64,000 bases of DNA from Bacteroidales bacterium. Lineage in GTDB: Bacteria; Bacteroidota; Bacteroidia; Bacteroidales; WCHB1-69. A program made the translations under genes and the position numbers. The stretch is taken from positions 73,201 to 137,200 of the forward strand of contig JAEEQE010000002.1 of NCBI GenBank assembly GCA_016285145.1, in the 5' to 3' direction. Below, piece by piece: positions 1 to 9,478 of the stretch. Position 1 is the first letter of the stretch. The number at the start of each line of letters is the position of its first letter. The notes under the pieces are model-generated. The model was given only the letters and a program-made list of their open reading frames with translations. It was not told the DNA's origin and made no database searches.

Positions 1-1217
1 TCGGGGGAGAAGTTGGCGCGGATGGTCTCGTTCTGGAGTAGCAATTCCTGATAGTCGAAGCCGTCGAACCAGGCCTTCATGGCGATAGGTTGTACCAAGT
101 CGTAGGCTTTCTCGCGGGCGAATCCCTTGTTTATGAGGGCTGTCATGACACGTTGGGCGAAGATGACCTTGTTAGTCATGTAGATGTGTTTCAGCATATT
201 TTCCGGAAATACGACCAAGTTTTCCAGAATCTTGCCGAAGCGGTTGAACATATAATCCAGCAGGATGGTGGCATCGGGGAGCATTATGCGCTCGGCGGAC
301 GAGTGCGAGATGTCGCGTTCGTGCCACAGGGGGATGTCCTCGTAGGCGCTTACCATGTAGCCGCGCAGGATGCGTGCGCACCCGCACATGTTCTCGCTGC
401 CTATGGGGTTGCGCTTGTGCGGCATGGCGGACGACCCCTTCTGGCCCTTACCGAACGCCTCTTCCGCCTCGCGCAGTTCCGTGCGTTGCCAATGGCGCAC
501 CTCCACGGCCATCTGCTCCATGGTGGAAGCAATGAGGGCCAGTGTGCCCATATAGTGCGCGTGACGGTCGCGTTGCAACACTTGCGTGGAGATGTTGGCC
601 GAATGGATACCCAGCTGTTCGCAAACATAATCCTGAACAAACGGCGGCGTGTTGGCGAAGTTGCCCACTGCCCCGCTGATCTTGCCGCACTCCACATCGG
701 CGGCGGCGGCTTCGAAGCGGGCCACGTTGCGTTTCATTTCCTCGTACCATAGGGCCCACTTCAATCCCAACGAGGTGATGTCGGCATGTACGCCGTGCGT
801 GCGCCCGATACAGGGTGTGTCCTTGAATTCGTAGGCTCGTTTTTTCAGAATCTCCATGAAACGCTGGAGGTCGGCGCGAAGGATGTTGTTGGCCTGCTTG
901 AGGAGATAACCGTTGGCCGTGTCCACCACGTCGGTGGAGGTGAGCCCGTAGTGTACCCACTTGCGTTCTTCACCCAATGACTCGCTCACCGCACGGGTGA
1001 AGGCTACAATGTCGTGGCGCGTTTCCTGCTCAATCTCATAGATGCGCTCCACCTTGAAGGCGGCTTTGTCTCTGAGTTTCTGCACATCCTCGGCAGGTAT
1101 CACCCCCAGCTTGCTCCAAGCGGCGGCGGCTTCAATCTCGACTTTCAAATAGGCACCGAATTTGTTTTCCTCCGTCCATACGGCACTCATTTCCGGACGC
1201 GAATAACGTGGTATCAT
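1..1217 (-). CDS. purB: adenylosuccinate lyase, 3' end cut by the window edge
   Basis: My own minus-strand translation from the ATG (complement of 1215..1217) gives [20 protein letters not shown]...[10 protein letters not shown]...[11 protein letters not shown]...[11 protein letters not shown], the fumarate-lyase superfamily signature and PurB-like sequence. It is absent from the ORF track because no stop lies in the window. Plus-strand ORF 90..752 is its antisense shadow. Confidence 0.9.
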   Translation of the reverse strand, partial: MIPRYSRPEMSAVWTEENKFGAYLKVEIEAAAAWSKLGVIPAEDVQKLRDKAAFKVERIYEIEQETRHDIVAFTRAVSESLGEERKWVHYGLTSTDVVDTANGYLLKQANNILRADLQRFMEILKKRAYEFKDTPCIGRTHGVHADITSLGLKWALWYEEMKRNVARFEAAAADVECGKISGAVGNFANTPPFVQDYVCEQLGIHSANISTQVLQRDRHAHYMGTLALIASTMEQMAVEVRHWQRTELREAEEAFGKGQKGSSAMPHKRNPIGSENMCGCARILRGYMVSAYEDIPLWHERDISHSSAERIMLPDATILLDYMFNRFGKILENLVVFPENMLKHIYMTNKVIFAQRVMTALINKGFAREKAYDLVQPIAMKAWFDGFDYQELLLQNETIRANFSP

Positions 1218-1237
1218 GTCAGCTGTTTTTTAGAATG

Positions 1238-1245
1238 CAAAAATA
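1238..1245 (-). promoter_or_regulatory. candidate Bacteroidota -7 box (TATTTTTG) for purB
   Basis: The reverse complement of caaaaata matches the TAnnTTTG consensus. It lies 20 nt upstream of the purB ATG and overlaps the 3' end of the giant gene upstream. Confidence 0.5.
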
Positions 1246-1251
1246 CAAAAA

Positions 1252-4200
1252 CTATCGTTTGACAAACCGTCTCACCGCCATTCCTTTTTCCGTCTCAACC
1301 CGTATCATATACAGGCCGGCAGCCAAATGCGAAACATCCAGTTCCACTTGGTTGGCATCAACCTCTTTGGTTTGCAAAACATTACCATATACATCATAGA
1401 TTTCAATCCGGTGCAACAGCTCTCTTGAGTCTTGTAGTGTGAGGATACCTGTGGTAGGGTTCGGATATAATGACACGGCCACCTCGTAGTTGGCAACGCC
1501 GACCGTATCCTCCGGTCCCGACTCGGGCAACGTCCGGAACGTCTGCGTGTCACTGTAAACACTTTCCCACAGAAGGTTACAACGGGCCTTCACCCGGACA
1601 TGGTATTCCGTATTCGGTAGCAGATTGTCGTAAACCTTGGCGGGAACAGACAAACCCTCTTCATCGGGGGAATCCGACCCGTCGGCCCACAGCTGCACAT
1701 ACCAGAAATCCTCGTCGCCTCCGGGTGCCCACTGCACTGTGGCACTGGTCTGCCCGATGTCTGAAACCGTCACCAGGGACGGAGGCAGACACTCTATCAT
1801 ATCTTCTTCCACCTGCACATTATCCAAGCCGCAGTAATCATGACCTGTGTATGTTGTTTTATAACGGAAAGCGATATAGCCCGCCACCGGCACATTCGCA
1901 TAACGGTAGAAATGAATCGTGTCGTAGGCACCGTTGATATTCGTCTCCGGAGTGATTTGTTCAACCGCAACAAACGTGGAAGTGTCGGTGTTATCCGTCA
2001 TATAACCGAGTTCCAGACGGCTATCCAGTTGATACATCCGTTTCCAGAAGGATATTTTAAGATTGTACAACGTATCCGCCATCTCGGGCAATACCAAATA
2101 GGAATAATATCCTATCCCGTGTGCAAACATCATCACCCCATTGGGACTGGTGTAATTAAAGCCATATTGCACAATGTGCGGCATAGGTATCGAGGAGGAG
2201 GTGCGGTAGGCGAGCCAGCAGGGCGGCACCCGACCGGTAACTTGTTGGGATGCTCCTTCATAGCTATCAAAGTTATCGATGTATGGCAATGGTTTGGGTG
2301 TCACACACCATGTGCGGGCCGACACAGGTCCGAACCACTCGCTTTGGTCGTCGGGAGAGCAGTAGGCCCGGATGTAAAACTCGTAATCCATACCCTCCTG
2401 AAGACCTGTTATCGTTAGTGGAAGTGTGTCGGTAAGGACTAAATTGGCATTATCATCCGGATCCACACCCCGCAAACCGTATGCTATCTGCCAATAGTTG
2501 TTATCGTTGAGGGTGTCCGTCCACTGCAACTGCACCCTATCAGCCATAATAGCCAGGATCTGAAGGTCTTGCGGAATCAAGCAGGTTGGAATGCGTTCCA
2601 GATTCACGTCATCGATATTGAAATTGACGTTGTTTCCCCCTTGAGCCTTAAACGCAATGTATCGTCCTGTTCCCGTGTAGGTGTCAAACGGGATAATGAC
2701 CTCGCTCCAGCCGGCAGCCACTCGGGTCACCGCCTGAACTTCCTCGAAGGTGGAGGTGTCATACGGATTGGTCATCATACCCACATGGAGTACAGTTGAA
2801 GAGAGGGACGCGTTCCAATAGAAACGCAATTGGACGGTATCTAACGAGATGGTATTTCCTACTGGCGGCAAGGTGGCGATGCAGAAATCATTGCTGGCAT
2901 GGAAATACAGCGACCGCGAACCATTGTAATGGGAAGTGTTGATGGTATAAGGATACCAGATGTTGGAGGAGAACATGCTGGTAGAGTTTTTCTCCCAGCA
3001 TAACGGGAAGGTGTAATTGGCGGTGCCTAACGAATCAAAACTCTCATTATACGGCAAAGAACTGATTGGGAAACATTGCGTGCGGAAAGAGATGGCGGAC
3101 GACCAGTCGCTATACGATTGGTTTTCGCAGGCGGCACGCACATAGACATCATAGAAAGTGGCATCTGTCAGGCTGTTTATCGTGATGGGATGGTTGTAAG
3201 CTGTCATCACAATGCCGGCACCGGCCGTTTCAGGATTGAAGCCCGCGGGACCGATGACCACCTGCCATTCGCTTTCACTGCGCCCCGGGGTCCAGTCCAC
3301 CTCCACCGAATGAATGCCGATGTTGGAAACCGACACGTTCACGGGATTCACACAGACGGGCGCATAATCCACTTGCAGATTGTCCACGTAGAACACCGTG
3401 GGAACAGCCCCTTGCGACCGGAACGACAAATATTGTCCCGTACCCGTGTAGGAGGTCAGCGGAATCTCATATTCGTTCCACACCCGCGTGCGGGCATGAA
3501 GGGTCTCAATCAGAGTGAATGAGGCGGTATCGCTCGGGTTGGTCATCACACCCACATCTATCGAGCGGTTCAGTTCATCGAATTTACCCAGGAAATGCAC
3601 CTGAAGTTTCGACAAAGTATCCTGCAGCAGCGGGGTGGACACATATTCGTATTGGTTGGCATTATGAGACAGGAATAAGGCTCCCGGGGCAGTGAAATAG
3701 GGTTGGTGCTGCAAGTTGGAGATGGCCGACATGCCATTGCCGGTCTTGGACCAACAGGGCGGGAACACATTGCCACTAGAGGCGATACTGGTGCCATAGT
3801 TGTCGAAAAACTCCTGATAGGGAACCTGAGAATCCAAGCAATTGGTGTTGAACGCCATCCCCGCCGACCAGCTGGAATAGGCCGTCCCGTTGCAGATATT
3901 CCGGACATAAAAGGCGTATCGCGTGCCTGGGGTGAGCCCAGTCAGCGTCACAAAATTATCATACGAGGGGTACACCGTGGCTGTGTCGGGATTGAACCCT
4001 GCCGGACCATATACGTACTCCCAAGAACTGGCCATCATATCCATTGGCCAGGACACGTGTGCCGACGTTTGGGTGATTTGGGAGGCCGTTGCATAATTCG
4101 GGGCCGGACAATCCGTATAATCGATGAGGATGTTGTCCATATAGCCGTAACTGTCCGACGTGCCCGTATTGCTTCGGAATGCGATATAACGGCCCGTTCC

Positions 4201-7200
4201 CTGATAGTCGGAAAGGTCGGCCTCGGCATGGTACCAGGAGCCCCACTCAAACGTCAGGGTATGGTTTATCGGGGTGAAGGTGGACGGATCCAACGGGTTG
4301 GTCATCACACCCACCTGTATCTGCGTCATGTAATACATCCTGATCTTGAAACTCACCTTCACATACTGCATATCAATGGATGCATCCAGTGCCGGCAGGG
4401 CTAAGGTGGTGTAGCTGGTGTTCTGGTTGTAGAGGAACAGGGAACCGATGCCGTCATAGAGGTAATAGCTGTCGCCTGTAATCGTTTGTTCAGAGGAAAC
4501 ATGGCTGCTGGTATATCGGGTTTGAATGTGCCAGCAAGGCGGCATCACAATATCTCCGTATGTACCATCGCTCACGCCATACGTATCGAAAGTCTCCAAA
4601 TAGGGAAGCGTGGTAATATTTTCACACAGCGTCATTTGTGAGGCCTCCACGGTATAACGGCTCTTGTCGGTAGCGCTGCATATAGAGCGTATTTTATAGG
4701 AATACACCGTGAAAGGCGAGAGACCGGTAAGCGTGCAGAAGGTGTCGGACACCACCACCGACGACCATGTCAGCGACGTGTCGGCCTTATAGGCCACCTC
4801 CCATTGGGCCTCGTTGCCGCCCCGTTCCCAATTCAGCCCGATATAATCGTTTCCTAACTGTGTGACGGTAACGTTTTTAGGTCTGTGGCACGTGGGCTGG
4901 TAATCCACAATCACATTATCCAGATAATCATATCCAAGAAACTGCTGTCCCGATTTGAACGCGATACATCGGGCCGTGCCGGTATAGCCGGTAAAATCCA
5001 CATCATACTCACTCCACTGGCTGGGCACTATCGTCACCGTATCCCACGGAATGAAACTTGTGATATCATTGTTTTCCTGAATAAAACCAATCTCCAGTTT
5101 ATACGAAGAGCTGGCGTACAGTAGGAAAGAGACACGCAAATTGGAGATGGGAATAGCGTCGCTGATAGGGGGAAGGGCTGCGTATGAGGCCTGCGTGTTG
5201 GTACCTTTGAAATAGTAAGCCCCAGGAGGGGAATAGGAGTACAAATCATGGATATAGGGATATTGGGGATTTGCGTTCGTCGCCGTGTAGCCATGCTGCC
5301 AGCAGTCGGGATGCGTGTTGTATCCCACCCCGTTGTAGTCGAAATTCTCCTGATACGGCAATGTCTTGATTGCCCCGCATTGCGTCTTGAAAGAGAGAAC
5401 ATCGCTCCATGGGCTTGGCTCATTATTGGAACAAATGGTTTGAACCTGAAGTAAATACGGAGAGCTGACCACCAGCGGGTAGACCAGACAGCTGTTGGAG
5501 GTGATGCCGGAAATGATGTGCCAATCCTCCTCATAAACCGTTTTATAGCGGATGATGGTATTGGCGGTGTTGGGGTCGGACACCCAGTGAATCATCGCGC
5601 TGCTGTCCGTGATATTCGTGGCTGACACCTGTACGGGACGGGCGCATAGCGGGATGGTGTTTATTTCCAGATTATCAATAAAATAATGATATCCTACCCT
5701 CCGGGGAGTCTGCAGGCGGAACACGATATGCTTGCCGCTGCCGGTATGTTGGATCGTATCCAAGTAAAATTCGAAAAACTCCCACGTGTTCGTTGCCGTG
5801 GGTACCGCATCGCCCACGTATTCGTATGTGCTCTCGTCCAAGGGATTGTCGCACACATATACTTTCAACCGGCCGCATTGGGTGTTGCCGTCGCGATAGG
5901 CGTAAAAGCTGACCGCCAACGTTTGTATGGCCGCCCCGATGGCAGGTGTGGCCACCCATGTTGTATCCGTTTGTATTTCAAGACATTGTAACGGACTATA
6001 ATACACATTGGGGTTTCTCGTCACCTGCGGCTGTATATCCACATCCGCCGCCACCCAACAATCTGGCGCACTGCCCGTTGCCTCTTGGTCAAAGCGTGTG
6101 CTATACGGCACACCTACAGGCATATCGCATAATGTGCGACAGGTTACGGGGAAGGAAAACACACTGCGGATGCCGGACGCGCATTGCGAGCAGACCTGAA
6201 CCACATACTCCGTATTGGGCCATAGACCATTGATGGTGTAAAACGTGTCCGTAATATTCGGAATCTCCACCCAGCTTATATCATCCTCATTCTTATAAGC
6301 GAGGGTGTATCCGGTAGGCAGGGACGACGAGAAGGGCTTCCACGAGCAGGTTACCGAATGGGTTGTGGCATCCGACTGCCAGATTTGTACCGGAGAGTGG
6401 CAGGAATTCGGAGTGCTCACCACAATATCATCCAAATAAAACTCATTGTAAGTATGGATAAAATCATTCGGGGTTTTCGCCATGAGAGCAATACGGTTTC
6501 CCGTACCATTATACGATGAAAGGGAAATCTGATATTCAGCTTCATTATCCAACAAATCCACTGAATCCACCACCACGAAGCTACCGGAAATGTCTGCCGT
6601 ATTGGACACCACACCCACCAACAGCCGGCCTATATTTTCTGTTTCGGATGTCTTTTTCCCCGACAGGCGTAGCGTCAACTGGGAAATCGGCATGTCATCG
6701 ATGGCTGGCATTACTGCCACCGCTTTCTGTTGGTTCTCCACCAGAAAGGCAAGGCTCCGATACCGTGATCCGTATATTCTGGGTTCCACATACGGATACA
6801 ATTCCGAAGAGGAGGTGTTGTAGCGCAGCCAGCACGTCGGCATGGGGTTCAAGACAGTATTGTCCAATTCGTAATAATCGAAATTCTCCATGAAGGGCAG
6901 GCTCGCCGATTGGCAGGTCGTGGTGATGGCAAACGAGCCCGCCAAGAACTGGTTGCCGCACGCTGCTTTGACCCGGACTTCAAACGAATAGTTTTCCTCA
7001 GGATTTAAACCATTTATAACCAAACTGTTATCATAAATATTCGTTTCTTCAATCCATTGGCTTTGGCCGGATTGTTTGTAATGCACCGTGAACGGGGCCG
7101 TTCCAGGAAAGGCATCCCATGCCACGCGTACAAAATCGGACCCGATTTGGGCTACATAAAGGGCTGCCGGGTGCATACATGCCATGGGTTGCAGGGAAAA

Positions 7201-8631
7201 GTCTTCCACATAAACAGTGCCGTCCAGCGCTTTAAGTGCAATATGGGAACCGCTGCCCCAATAGGTGTGCAGACCTGCATACACCTCTTCGTATTGACTG
7301 ACAGTAGAAGGCGACACGGTGTCCACCGGCACAAAGGTATAGGGGTCGTCCGGATCCGTCATGACCCCCACCACCAGCGCGCCTGCCGCTGAGGTCTTAT
7401 AAACTTTACACTGGACCACCATTTGATGTATATCCAACAGTGTGTCATTGAATTTCGGAATCACCGCGATACCATACCGGTTGTTTTCCGCCGACAATTT
7501 CAATACGGGAGAAGACACGGATGTAAGGGTGGTGATGATGGGCATGATTCCATTATTGTAAGGAAAGGGAATCTGTTTCCAGCAATTTGGAAAAGTGTCG
7601 CGGTAGGCATCGAAATTCTCCTGATAGGGCAGTGCTGTCAAGACACACGGGTCGGGCAAGGTGCTGCCGCAAACCGATGCTGACAGCGGGGAGGTGCCAT
7701 TGATGCACACCGTCTGCACCTGGTAGCAGTAGTTTTGGTCGGGCAGCAGAAGCGTGTCGTTGTCCTCGTAGTCCAGCGTGCCCACGGGCTGGCCGGTTAG
7801 CAGAACGCCATCTCTATATACTTGAAAACCAGTTATATTGTCATCCGTATAATAGCCATACACCGACAGAGGCATACCCATCTGTTCCATAGAGGTGGAA
7901 TCTGTCCACGGTTGCCAAATCCCTGTTAGGGGCGTTATCCGGTAGGCGTTGCCGGTGGTCACATGCTGGTCATCCACCAATGGCACACCAAAGACAGGCT
8001 GTGCGGAGGCCGTCACAAAGGAAACGGCAATCCAATAGTCGCCGGGATCCAGCAGAGTGTTCACATTCACCTCCACTTTGAAGATCGGGCGGATGGTATC
8101 CATATAATAATTCGGCGTATAGGTTCCGGGGGTTTGCACGCGGTACGCGGTTGTCCACGTGCAGGTGGCCGGCAGCATACCCGCCGACTGCCAAAGGGCT
8201 TGCGTGCTCGTATCCGTTGGGCGTTCCCCATACACATACACGTATGCGCCTGTGACGGGAGAGGCCGTAACCGGCACATTTTCAGCATATACATAGAAAT
8301 CCATCTTTGTAAGTTGCGCCTGACGGGTGAGGCGTATGTCATCCGCCATCGCATAACCGGAACCGCTTGTCCGCATGCCCAATGAGGTCTGGCCGCCATA
8401 CAGCACGCTGAGGTCAGTCCCGTTATATCCTTCGCCGGGGTGGTTTATAATCTGATCCTGCCTATGCAGCACCAAACGTGACCCGTTCGCGTTGGGAAGG
8501 TTCCAGCTGACACGCATGGAACGGTGGCTGGTGGGTGTTACGTTCACTTGCGAGGGGATCCCGCAGTTCTGAGCTTGAAGAGTTGAAAAAAGAAACACCC
8601 ATACTAGAAAAGTAATAAATCTTCTTTTCAT
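1252..8631 (-). CDS. giant T9SS-secreted modular surface protein (2,459 aa) with 8 cassettes of [cleaved-adhesin/choice-of-anchor-J-like module + FN3] and a type-A C-terminal sorting domain
   Basis: ORF 1252..8664. The likely start is the internal ATG at 8631, giving signal peptide MKRRFITFLVWVFLFSTLQAQ. Eight repeats run C-x(4-7)-LPY/F-x-E-x-FD...CW...VGVMT(D/N)P.D.STF...YIAF...(D/N)N/D-h-x-h...C, each followed by an FN3-like segment (..SxxVxW.......Y....L.P.T.Y.h.V...C). The C-terminus VSLYPNPTTGILTL...GLYMIRVETEKGMAVRRFVKR is a typical T9SS CTD. Confidence 0.85.
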   Translation of the reverse strand: MKRRFITFLVWVFLFSTLQAQNCGIPSQVNVTPTSHRSMRVSWNLPNANGSRLVLHRQDQIINHPGEGYNGTDLSVLYGGQTSLGMRTSGSGYAMADDIRLTRQAQLTKMDFYVYAENVPVTASPVTGAYVYVYGERPTDTSTQALWQSAGMLPATCTWTTAYRVQTPGTYTPNYYMDTIRPIFKVEVNVNTLLDPGDYWIAVSFVTASAQPVFGVPLVDDQHVTTGNAYRITPLTGIWQPWTDSTSMEQMGMPLSVYGYYTDDNITGFQVYRDGVLLTGQPVGTLDYEDNDTLLLPDQNYCYQVQTVCINGTSPLSASVCGSTLPDPCVLTALPYQENFDAYRDTFPNCWKQIPFPYNNGIMPIITTLTSVSSPVLKLSAENNRYGIAVIPKFNDTLLDIHQMVVQCKVYKTSAAGALVVGVMTDPDDPYTFVPVDTVSPSTVSQYEEVYAGLHTYWGSGSHIALKALDGTVYVEDFSLQPMACMHPAALYVAQIGSDFVRVAWDAFPGTAPFTVHYKQSGQSQWIEETNIYDNSLVINGLNPEENYSFEVRVKAACGNQFLAGSFAITTTCQSASLPFMENFDYYELDNTVLNPMPTCWLRYNTSSSELYPYVEPRIYGSRYRSLAFLVENQQKAVAVMPAIDDMPISQLTLRLSGKKTSETENIGRLLVGVVSNTADISGSFVVVDSVDLLDNEAEYQISLSSYNGTGNRIALMAKTPNDFIHTYNEFYLDDIVVSTPNSCHSPVQIWQSDATTHSVTCSWKPFSSSLPTGYTLAYKNEDDISWVEIPNITDTFYTINGLWPNTEYVVQVCSQCASGIRSVFSFPVTCRTLCDMPVGVPYSTRFDQEATGSAPDCWVAADVDIQPQVTRNPNVYYSPLQCLEIQTDTTWVATPAIGAAIQTLAVSFYAYRDGNTQCGRLKVYVCDNPLDESTYEYVGDAVPTATNTWEFFEFYLDTIQHTGSGKHIVFRLQTPRRVGYHYFIDNLEINTIPLCARPVQVSATNITDSSAMIHWVSDPNTANTIIRYKTVYEEDWHIISGITSNSCLVYPLVVSSPYLLQVQTICSNNEPSPWSDVLSFKTQCGAIKTLPYQENFDYNGVGYNTHPDCWQHGYTATNANPQYPYIHDLYSYSPPGAYYFKGTNTQASYAALPPISDAIPISNLRVSFLLYASSSYKLEIGFIQENNDITSFIPWDTVTIVPSQWSEYDVDFTGYTGTARCIAFKSGQQFLGYDYLDNVIVDYQPTCHRPKNVTVTQLGNDYIGLNWERGGNEAQWEVAYKADTSLTWSSVVVSDTFCTLTGLSPFTVYSYKIRSICSATDKSRYTVEASQMTLCENITTLPYLETFDTYGVSDGTYGDIVMPPCWHIQTRYTSSHVSSEQTITGDSYYLYDGIGSLFLYNQNTSYTTLALPALDASIDMQYVKVSFKIRMYYMTQIQVGVMTNPLDPSTFTPINHTLTFEWGSWYHAEADLSDYQGTGRYIAFRSNTGTSDSYGYMDNILIDYTDCPAPNYATASQITQTSAHVSWPMDMMASSWEYVYGPAGFNPDTATVYPSYDNFVTLTGLTPGTRYAFYVRNICNGTAYSSWSAGMAFNTNCLDSQVPYQEFFDNYGTSIASSGNVFPPCWSKTGNGMSAISNLQHQPYFTAPGALFLSHNANQYEYVSTPLLQDTLSKLQVHFLGKFDELNRSIDVGVMTNPSDTASFTLIETLHARTRVWNEYEIPLTSYTGTGQYLSFRSQGAVPTVFYVDNLQVDYAPVCVNPVNVSVSNIGIHSVEVDWTPGRSESEWQVVIGPAGFNPETAGAGIVMTAYNHPITINSLTDATFYDVYVRAACENQSYSDWSSAISFRTQCFPISSLPYNESFDSLGTANYTFPLCWEKNSTSMFSSNIWYPYTINTSHYNGSRSLYFHASNDFCIATLPPVGNTISLDTVQLRFYWNASLSSTVLHVGMMTNPYDTSTFEEVQAVTRVAAGWSEVIIPFDTYTGTGRYIAFKAQGGNNVNFNIDDVNLERIPTCLIPQDLQILAIMADRVQLQWTDTLNDNNYWQIAYGLRGVDPDDNANLVLTDTLPLTITGLQEGMDYEFYIRAYCSPDDQSEWFGPVSARTWCVTPKPLPYIDNFDSYEGASQQVTGRVPPCWLAYRTSSSIPMPHIVQYGFNYTSPNGVMMFAHGIGYYSYLVLPEMADTLYNLKISFWKRMYQLDSRLELGYMTDNTDTSTFVAVEQITPETNINGAYDTIHFYRYANVPVAGYIAFRYKTTYTGHDYCGLDNVQVEEDMIECLPPSLVTVSDIGQTSATVQWAPGGDEDFWYVQLWADGSDSPDEEGLSVPAKVYDNLLPNTEYHVRVKARCNLLWESVYSDTQTFRTLPESGPEDTVGVANYEVAVSLYPNPTTGILTLQDSRELLHRIEIYDVYGNVLQTKEVDANQVELDVSHLAAGLYMIRVETEKGMAVRRFVKR

Positions 8632-8695
8632 TACACTGTAAATCAAATAATTATAATTAAACAACCATAAAAAACAGTCCTATTATTCGTCTCCA

Positions 8696-8703
8696 CAAAA
8701 ATA
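8696..8703 (-). promoter_or_regulatory. candidate -7 box (TATTTTTG) for giant gene A
   Basis: TAnnTTTG match on the minus strand, 64 nt upstream of the ATG at 8631. Confidence 0.45.
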
Positions 8704-8753
8704 CAAAAAAGTATTGTCGTTCACGTTTATAGCCGAATGGAAAATTTATTTTG

Positions 8754-8761
8754 TATTTTTG
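8754..8761 (+). promoter_or_regulatory. candidate -7 box (TATTTTTG) for trkA
   Basis: TAnnTTTG match 21 nt upstream of the ATG at 8783. Confidence 0.5.
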
Positions 8762-8782
8762 CCCGCATTAAAAAAGAGTTTT

Positions 8783-9478
8783 ATGGCACAGGAAAAATTC
8801 GCAATTATAGGGGCCGGTCATTTTGGACAGGCCATCAGCAGGGCATTGTCGGAGAAGGGTTACGAGGTGTTGGTTATTGATTCCAACCTTAATGTGGTGC
8901 AGGATTTGTCGGAGGATGTGGCGTATGCTGTATGTACGGATGCCACCAACAAGCGTGCCTTGCAAAACGAGAATATACAGAATTTCGATGCGGTCATCGT
9001 GGCCATCGGCAACGACTTTGTGGGTCGGTTGCTCTGCACGGCCAACTTGCTGGACTTGGGTGTGAAACGCATCATCTGCCGTGTGATGGGCAAGAGCCAG
9101 CGCACCATTCTGGAAAAGATGGGCATCACGGAGTTCCTCTCCCCGGAAGACGAGGTGGGCGCCTTGTTAGCCGAACGTCTGACAAACCCGAACATCATCT
9201 CCTATCTGCAGTTGGCCGACGATTACAAAATCGCCGAAATCATCGCCCCCTCACGGCTGATTGACTTGTCGCTTGGCGACATTAACTTCCGCGACAACCA
9301 CAAGTTGAGCCTGATCACCATCCGCCGCAATTTCGAGGAGGTGGTGGCCGACAAGCTGGACACCAAGCAGCACATCATCGGCGTGCCCGACAACAAGACC
9401 GTCATCCAGGACGGCGACGTTTTTGTATTGTTCGGCAAGGAACACGACATTGACAACTTCATCAAAATCAATCTGTAA
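8783..9478 (+). CDS. trkA: potassium uptake NAD-binding subunit TrkA/KtrA (single RCK unit, 231 aa)
   Basis: The internal ATG of ORF 8714..9478 gives MAQEKFAIIGAGHFGQAISRALSEKGYEVLVIDSN, a GxGxxG Rossmann fold followed by an RCK_C-like C-terminus. Its stop overlaps the trkH start (TAATG). Confidence 0.85.
   Translation: MAQEKFAIIGAGHFGQAISRALSEKGYEVLVIDSNLNVVQDLSEDVAYAVCTDATNKRALQNENIQNFDAVIVAIGNDFVGRLLCTANLLDLGVKRIICRVMGKSQRTILEKMGITEFLSPEDEVGALLAERLTNPNIISYLQLADDYKIAEIIAPSRLIDLSLGDINFRDNHKLSLITIRRNFEEVVADKLDTKQHIIGVPDNKTVIQDGDVFVLFGKEHDIDNFIKINL

Noticed and set aside
90-752. A 220-aa plus-strand ORF, plus smaller ORFs at 172..960, at the left edge
   Set aside because: The minus strand here translates to an unmistakable PurB ([11 protein letters not shown] signature). 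These ORFs are antisense or out-of-frame shadows with no recognisable motifs.
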